DNA of 64,000 bases, from contig CAIYJE010000089.1 of assembly GCA_903926465.1 (NCBI GenBank), forward strand, positions 8,945 through 72,944, written 5' to 3'. The position numbers and the translations under genes were made by a program. The notes under the pieces are model-generated. The model made no database searches, was not told the DNA's origin, and saw only the letters and a program-made list of their open reading frames with translations. Shown here piece by piece: positions 59,003-64,000 of this stretch (its first letter is position 1; each line of letters begins with the position of its first letter). Origin of the DNA: an uncultured Planctomycetales bacterium (GTDB lineage Bacteria > Planctomycetota > Planctomycetia > Isosphaerales > Isosphaeraceae).

Positions 59003-60064
59003 ATGTCCCCAATGATCCAATCCCTGAAGATTCCTTTACGCGGGGGAGTCTGGGTTCGTTCCCTTCCAAGAGTACTGGTTACGCCAGAGATTTCGAACTC
59101 TGGAACCGGCCGGAAGATCGGGCGACTGGCCGCCGCGGCGCTGGCGAGCTGGGTAGTGGCCGGGGCCGGTCTGGTAACCGCTGCCGCAGGCGAGCAAACC
59201 GGTCCGCCGCGGCGGGTGATTGCCGGCGATGATTCCAAACGGACGGTGGCTTCGATCGCTCCCGATGGCAAGGTCGAATGGAAGCTCGAAAACGGTGCGA
59301 TTCATGATCTGCACCTGCTGCCCGATGGGCATTTGTTGCTGCAGAACGGCTGGACCAAAATCATTGAGCTGGACCGTGATCGAAAGCCCGTTTGGGAATA
59401 CGACGCCAAGGCCGGCGACAATGCGAATCGCGGCGTCGAGGTCCACGCCTTCCAGCGCCTGGCAGACGGAGCCACGATGATCGTGGAATCTGGACCGGCT
59501 CGCATCCTGGAGGTCACGCGTGACGGCAAGGTGCGGAAGACGATTCCCTTGGTCATCAAGAATCCGGCCGTGCATTCGGATACCCGCAACGTCCGCAAGA
59601 CGGTTTCCGGGACCTATCTGGTGGCCCACGAACATGATGGCGTGGTGCGTGAGTATGATGCGGACGGCAAGGTGATCTGGGAGTATGAGGTGCCGCTATT
59701 CGGCAAAGAGCCCAAGCCAGGCCATGGCCCAGAGGCGTTCGGTAACGAACTCTACTCCGCCATTCGCCTGTCAAACGGTAATACCTTGATCGGTACCGGC
59801 AACGGTCATGGCGTGTTGGAAGTCACTCCCAAAAAAGAGATCGTCTGGCGTATTGATCAGAATGATCTACCGGGAATTACCCTGGCCTGGGTGACTCAGG
59901 TCACGCGCAAGCCTAACGGCAACACCATCTTTATCAATTGCCACGCGGGCCCAGAGAATCCTCAGATCATTGAAGTTGATCCCAGCAAGAAGGTGATCTG
60001 GACGTTCAAAGATTTTGAGACGTTCGGGAACTCGATGCCAGTGGCCGTGATCGGTGAACCCTGA
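59003..60064 (+). CDS. secreted beta-propeller protein (PQQ/ASST-like repeats)
   Basis: Signal/anchor GRLAAAALASWVVAGAGLVTAAAG. Repeated motifs ..DG.v.W.y.. occur (KVEWKLE, KPVWEYD, KVIWEYE, EIVWRID, KVIWTFK). Confidence 0.6.
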   Translation: MSPMIQSLKIPLRGGVWVRSLPRVLVTPEISNSGTGRKIGRLAAAALASWVVAGAGLVTAAAGEQTGPPRRVIAGDDSKRTVASIAPDGKVEWKLENGAIHDLHLLPDGHLLLQNGWTKIIELDRDRKPVWEYDAKAGDNANRGVEVHAFQRLADGATMIVESGPARILEVTRDGKVRKTIPLVIKNPAVHSDTRNVRKTVSGTYLVAHEHDGVVREYDADGKVIWEYEVPLFGKEPKPGHGPEAFGNELYSAIRLSNGNTLIGTGNGHGVLEVTPKKEIVWRIDQNDLPGITLAWVTQVTRKPNGNTIFINCHAGPENPQIIEVDPSKKVIWTFKDFETFGNSMPVAVIGEP

Positions 60065-60091
60065 TGCTACGGATCTGTTGAGATTGACCCA

Positions 60092-60130
60092 GGCTGATCC
60101 GATTCCAGTCCTGCCAGGATCGGATCAGCC
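60092..60130 (+). terminator. 12-bp perfect hairpin 28 nt after the propeller gene stop (no U-tract)
   Basis: GGCTGATCCGAT, a 15-nt loop, then ATCGGATCAGCC. Confidence 0.35.
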
Positions 60131-60917
60131 GCGGGGAACGGTCGGGAGGCATTTGAAGAATGCGATCGGTTTCGGCCGGAATATAGAAAAGCACCCAAGA
60201 GATCTACTCGCTACCGCTTCGGGCTCGTATTCAGAGAAGAATCCTTCGCTCGCGTGTCGGGGTCATCTTTCAGGTGCCTTGCCCAGCAAAACCCGAGAAA
60301 AGCGTAACTTCAAAGCTCGCGAGCTGGGCTCATGCTTCTGGCGTTTTGCCCAGAAGAGCCCCAGAAATCGAGACTTCTGAGAGCATGAGCCAGGGACTCT
60401 TCGTGCTTGTCTGTTTTTCAGAGACTGTCACTGGGATACCGGAATTCTCTGGCGGTTCTCGGTTGTGATCAACAGGTAGAATTGAGAAGGCTTCGCTTCA
60501 GGGTCTGGAGCTCTGAAGGATCGATTCAAGGTCGCCCAGCCCAACGGGCTCGTTAAAACTCATCAAGCTAAACCCCTGATTCTGCCCTCCAGACAACGTT
60601 CAGTTTCACAAGAGGGCGCAGGCCCTGTCGTTCGGAAGGCACTCGGACCTTTTCAGGTCTGGCCGCGAAGAACCGGCCTAGCAGGCGACTGCCGTTCAGC
60701 CTGGTCATTCGCTCGTACCTTGCCGTGCTCCCCATTGAATCGGCACGGAACTCAGAAAACACCTCGAAATGTCATGATAAAAGGGTATGTTAAATCTTGC
60801 CAAGCCCCTTTACCCTGTCGGAGATATGGTAGAAAAAGCGCTCAGACTTGCTTGGAAAAAAAGGGGGTCAGTGGTAGCCTCACTTCATGCTCGATATCCG
60901 ATTCCTAAGGATTCATC

Positions 60918-61457
60918 ATGAGCTTGAAGAAAAAACTCTCTGAAAGCCGTTCCGTCCAGGCTGAAGTTGAGAACTCCGGAAGTACCCAGTCCGTCGTAAC
61001 GCAACGAGCGGCAGAAGCCGAGGTGCGTACACTGATCGCCAAGTGCGCTCCCACGCATCTACGGCTGATCGGCGCAATGCGACGGTGGCTGCGTAAGCGC
61101 CTGCCCACTGCCAATGAGCTGGTGTACGAGTATCGAGGCTTCTTCGTCATCAGCTATTCGCCGGATGATCGTGGGTACGAGGGTGTTCTTGGAATCCGGG
61201 CCAGCGCGGACGGTGTGAAGCTGTACTTCAATCGTGGTAAGGAATTGCCAGATCCAGAGAAATTGTTAAAGGGGTCCGGCAAGCAGACTCGTTCGATCAA
61301 CGTGGAAGACTCGTTTGCGCTCGCTTGTCCTGCGGTGGTGAGCCTGATTGACGAGGCTATTGCTCGCAATCACGTACCTTTCGCGAGCGACGTCCGCGGA
61401 TCGGTGGTCATTCGATCGACATCGGCCAAGAAGTGTGGTCGGAGTGGCCCCGCCTAG
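60918..61457 (+). CDS. hypothetical protein, DUF1801 (YdhG)-like
   Basis: The pattern ..RRWLRKRLPTANELVYEY.GFFVISY...VLGIRASADGVKLYFNRGKELPDPEKLLKGSGKQTRSI.. resembles DUF1801. This is a recall-based call. Confidence 0.45.
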   Translation: MSLKKKLSESRSVQAEVENSGSTQSVVTQRAAEAEVRTLIAKCAPTHLRLIGAMRRWLRKRLPTANELVYEYRGFFVISYSPDDRGYEGVLGIRASADGVKLYFNRGKELPDPEKLLKGSGKQTRSINVEDSFALACPAVVSLIDEAIARNHVPFASDVRGSVVIRSTSAKKCGRSGPA

Positions 61458-61634
61458 CAGGCTTGCAGCTGACAAGGCTGCGGCCAGGTATTCCTGTGAG
61501 ATCCAGGAGACCGGAGCAAAAGCAAAGCCATGCAGTTGAAGAACGCCCACAGGTGCCACGCCATCGAGTTGCATTGCGTGTCCTTTCGTTTTCGGATCTA
61601 CAGGATGGCCCTCCCGGACGGCTTGAGCCCTTGG

Positions 61635-62066
61635 TTAGCTGCTGCCAGAGTCCATGTCACCACCGAAAACTGCCAATTCGCCGCCCCCAACTGCTATGAA
61701 CTGCCGGTTGCCGCAACATGCGTTCCACGCTTCATACCCTGAAGAATCTGGAAGGATCTGGAGCGAGTGCTCGGTGCTGAATTGGAGTTCCAAGTCGAGG
61801 AGCCCTGATCGCAGTTCTATCGCTTCAACCGTTGCACCGTTAAGGCGGCGGTTGACTTCCGCGGCTGCCTTCACCGGTTCGGGCAGACCAAACGTCTGCC
61901 CCTCGTCCTCGCTCGTGATGCGAATCCGATCAGACTCCACCAGGCGCCACAAGCAGGAGATGACGATACTTGCATCGTTGTCGAGCGCCACAACCCAGTC
62001 GTATTCACGTCGCGTGAGCAACTGAAATCGTCGGCCCACGAGCCACGCAAGTTCGTTCATTGTCAC
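61635..62066 (-). CDS. hypothetical protein
   Basis: 143-aa ORF with normal composition, convergent with the preceding gene. No family firmly recognised. Confidence 0.45.
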   Translation of the reverse strand: MTMNELAWLVGRRFQLLTRREYDWVVALDNDASIVISCLWRLVESDRIRITSEDEGQTFGLPEPVKAAAEVNRRLNGATVEAIELRSGLLDLELQFSTEHSLQILPDSSGYEAWNACCGNRQFIAVGGGELAVFGGDMDSGSS

Positions 62067-62786
62067 CTACCCCTGATTTATCCGAACGACCGCCGCCGCC
62101 TGAAGTGGTGTTTTGATTTGAACCACGCATCGTTCAACTACAGAAGTGGCCTCGTCGATTCACGCTCAATACCAAAGGCATAGTACCACTTGGGATGGGC
62201 TGGAGTCTTGAATCGTAACTCTCGATCACAAAGTCGAATAGTCCTTCAACGTTCTTGCCCATGGGCTGGTTTCGGAAAATAGTCGGGGTGACAGGATGGC
62301 TATTGAGGCCATGAAACTTCTCAACCAGAACGATAACGCGCAAAGTCCTGCAAGAGGCATCGAGCCGCCTGCTTTGCGGCGGGCGTACACGAACGATAGG
62401 ATTTGCACTACCAATCGCGCCGCGGCGAAGGCGGTTGGGTCAAGTCGGCCGGAACTTTAGCCCCTCATGCCGCATCATCGGAACGCGATCATTCAAGATG
62501 CAACTCTCGTCCCCGCAATGAAAAAGTCCTTCAAAGTACTCTCCGAAGGGCTTATTGCGAAGCGAATTGGGCCAAGACAATTTGACCCCAGGCCTTGAGC
62601 ATCATGCACAAGCCACTCCGTAACACCTTGGTTGATGGTCTTGCCATTGATAATTTCAAGTGCGAACATGCATGGTTAAGCCGTGAGTCAGCGTTCTCGG
62701 GTGCTTTAGATGATATCCTTACTTACGCTAAACCATATTGTTGTCATTCAACAAGATCGCCGGGTTACTGGACAGAGGAATTCACC

Positions 62787-63920
62787 ATGAACTGGAATGA
62801 GCTTCGAAAGGCTGAATTTCCAGTCTCTCAGCAGTGGGCTTACTTCGACCACGCCGCCGTGGCCCCATTGCCCAGGCGCTCGGCTGAGCGGCTACGAACC
62901 TGGATTGATGACCAGGAGGCCAACGGGGTTGTGAACTGGCCGCAGTGGGAAGCACGTGTTGAGCAAACGCGTCTCGACGTAGCCCGTCTGATCCATGCCA
63001 GTCCGGTCGAAATTGCGTTCGTAAGTAGCACCACCCAGGGAATTGGCTTGATTGCCGAGGGTTTTCCCTGGGTGCCTGGAGACAACGTGGTGACCGCCTC
63101 GGACGAGTACCCTTCTAATGTTTATCCGTGGATGAATCTGAGAGACCGGGGTGTTGAACTCCGAATGGTGCCTAGCCGAGCTGGTCGAATTTTGCCTGAG
63201 GACCTGGTGGCTGCTATTGATGGCCGGACGCGGGTCCTGGCCATCAGCCTGGTTGAGTTTGCCACGGGGTTCCGCAATGACCTGGATCAACTTGCCGAAC
63301 TCTGCCATGAGCGGGGCGTGGCCCTGTTTGTCGATGCAATTCAAGGGCTGGGGCCGCTGGTTGTCAACGTGCGCAAAACTCCAATCGATTTTCTGTGTGC
63401 CAGTGGCCAGAAATGGTTGCTGGGACCAGAAGGGGCAGGTCTGCTTTACGTGCGGCAAGACTGGATCGAACGCTTGAGGCCGCTGGGAGTTGGTTCACAT
63501 AGTGTGACCTCGTCCTATAACAGCCCTTTACTGGACTTTGCCCTCAAGCCAAATGCCCAGCGCTGGGAAGGAGGATGCTTTGCCATGCCCGCGCTTCAGG
63601 CGTTTGGGGCTAGTCTCAGTCTGTTGCTAGAGATTGGCCCAGAAGCGGTCTCCAAACGGATTCTGGAGCAGGCCGAGTCGGTGCGTGAACTGGCACGCAA
63701 GCTCGGTTGGACCGTGGCTGGATCTCAACGGCCTGAAGAGCAGGGGGGAATTGTGGCCATTGAGAAGGCGGGGATCTTGCCCGACGATGTTGCCCGGCGG
63801 GGACGTGAGGTCCAGGTTGTACTCTCTAGCCGGAGAGGACGCGTACGAATTAGCCCGCATGTGTACAATGACACCCAAGATTTTGATCGTTTGGGGGAGC
63901 TTCTGGGCTCTGCCCCTTGA
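62787..63920 (+). CDS. aminotransferase class V-fold PLP-dependent enzyme (cysteine desulfurase/epimerase-like)
   Basis: FDHAAVAPLP, LFVDAIQGLG, and the PLP lysine context ASGQKWLLGPEGAGLLYV. The internal ATG at 62787 removes an AT-rich 64-codon extension. Confidence 0.85.
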   Translation: MNWNELRKAEFPVSQQWAYFDHAAVAPLPRRSAERLRTWIDDQEANGVVNWPQWEARVEQTRLDVARLIHASPVEIAFVSSTTQGIGLIAEGFPWVPGDNVVTASDEYPSNVYPWMNLRDRGVELRMVPSRAGRILPEDLVAAIDGRTRVLAISLVEFATGFRNDLDQLAELCHERGVALFVDAIQGLGPLVVNVRKTPIDFLCASGQKWLLGPEGAGLLYVRQDWIERLRPLGVGSHSVTSSYNSPLLDFALKPNAQRWEGGCFAMPALQAFGASLSLLLEIGPEAVSKRILEQAESVRELARKLGWTVAGSQRPEEQGGIVAIEKAGILPDDVARRGREVQVVLSSRRGRVRISPHVYNDTQDFDRLGELLGSAP

Positions 63921-63950
63921 ATGAAGTTGGCCCCAGGCAAAGAGCCATCC

Positions 63951-64000
63951 ATGTCTCAACCGTACGGTTCCCAGATGCTCACCCCGCTCGACCCGCGTAA
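63951..64000 (+). CDS. 5' end of an unidentified CDS (partial, runs off the window)
   Basis: ATG at 63951 with the frame open to the window end (MSQPYGSQMLTPLDPR..). Too short to judge. Confidence 0.2.
   Translation, partial: MSQPYGSQMLTPLDPR

Noticed and set aside
60130-60565. A minus-strand frame interrupted only by TGA codons (MSFNEPVGLGDLESILQSSRP*SEAF...), considered as a possible recoded or selenoprotein gene or a pseudogene.
   Set aside because: About four stops in ~130 codons is what random sequence gives. There is no recognisable protein similarity and no SECIS-like context.
62595-62786. 64-codon N-terminal extension of the class V aminotransferase ORF.
   Set aside because: It is AT-rich with odd composition, and the enzyme's conserved N-terminus begins at the internal ATG 62787.
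1-64000. Whole-window search for CRISPR repeats, transposase/integrase genes, reverse transcriptases, tRNA/rRNA genes or multi-gene defence systems (NTPase plus nuclease type).
   Set aside because: None was detectable by eye. The only defence or selfish-element-like items are the TA cassette, the TA remnant and the SUKH-like gene reported above.

Overview
The window looks like a contiguous chromosomal segment from a Planctomycetota-like (PVC) bacterium. The lineage call is an inference from three things: a DUF1800/DUF1501 gene pair, a PVC-type dehydrogenase/HEAT/CxxCH heme-binding protein, and many secreted beta-propeller and WD40 proteins. I support about 50 protein-coding genes. Most are housekeeping or envelope functions: purH, rimI-like, mfd, xylA, maf, bioB, bioF, aroB, dprA, two site-2-protease homologues, a TetR-MFP-RND efflux operon, a parvulin PPIase and a GH15-like hydrolase. 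I found no rRNA, tRNA, CRISPR array, transposase, integrase or reverse transcriptase. Three short, visibly AT-richer patches look accessory: about 24.4-25.5 kb, 35.5-37.5 kb and 60.1-62.8 kb. They carry small or decayed genes, including a Doc/AbrB toxin-antitoxin cassette whose toxin has an in-frame amber codon. No classical multi-gene defence or mobile system is recognisable. The observations I consider most worth follow-up are:
- the Doc gene interrupted by an in-frame stop codon;
- a site-2-protease paralogue with HExxE in place of HExxH, sitting in a tight same-strand cluster with a YkgJ Cys-cluster protein, a HYExAFE / PD-(D/E)xK-like protein and a tiny membrane protein;
- a bioB gene followed 21 nt later by a complete KAS I/II-type ketoacyl synthase;
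- an RND efflux operon translationally coupled to a GT-C (ArnT/PMT-like) membrane protein, with no outer-membrane factor gene nearby;
- several nested inverted-repeat structures and one orphan intrinsic terminator.
All functional calls rest on motif recognition from memory. No homology search was run, and start codons are often uncertain.
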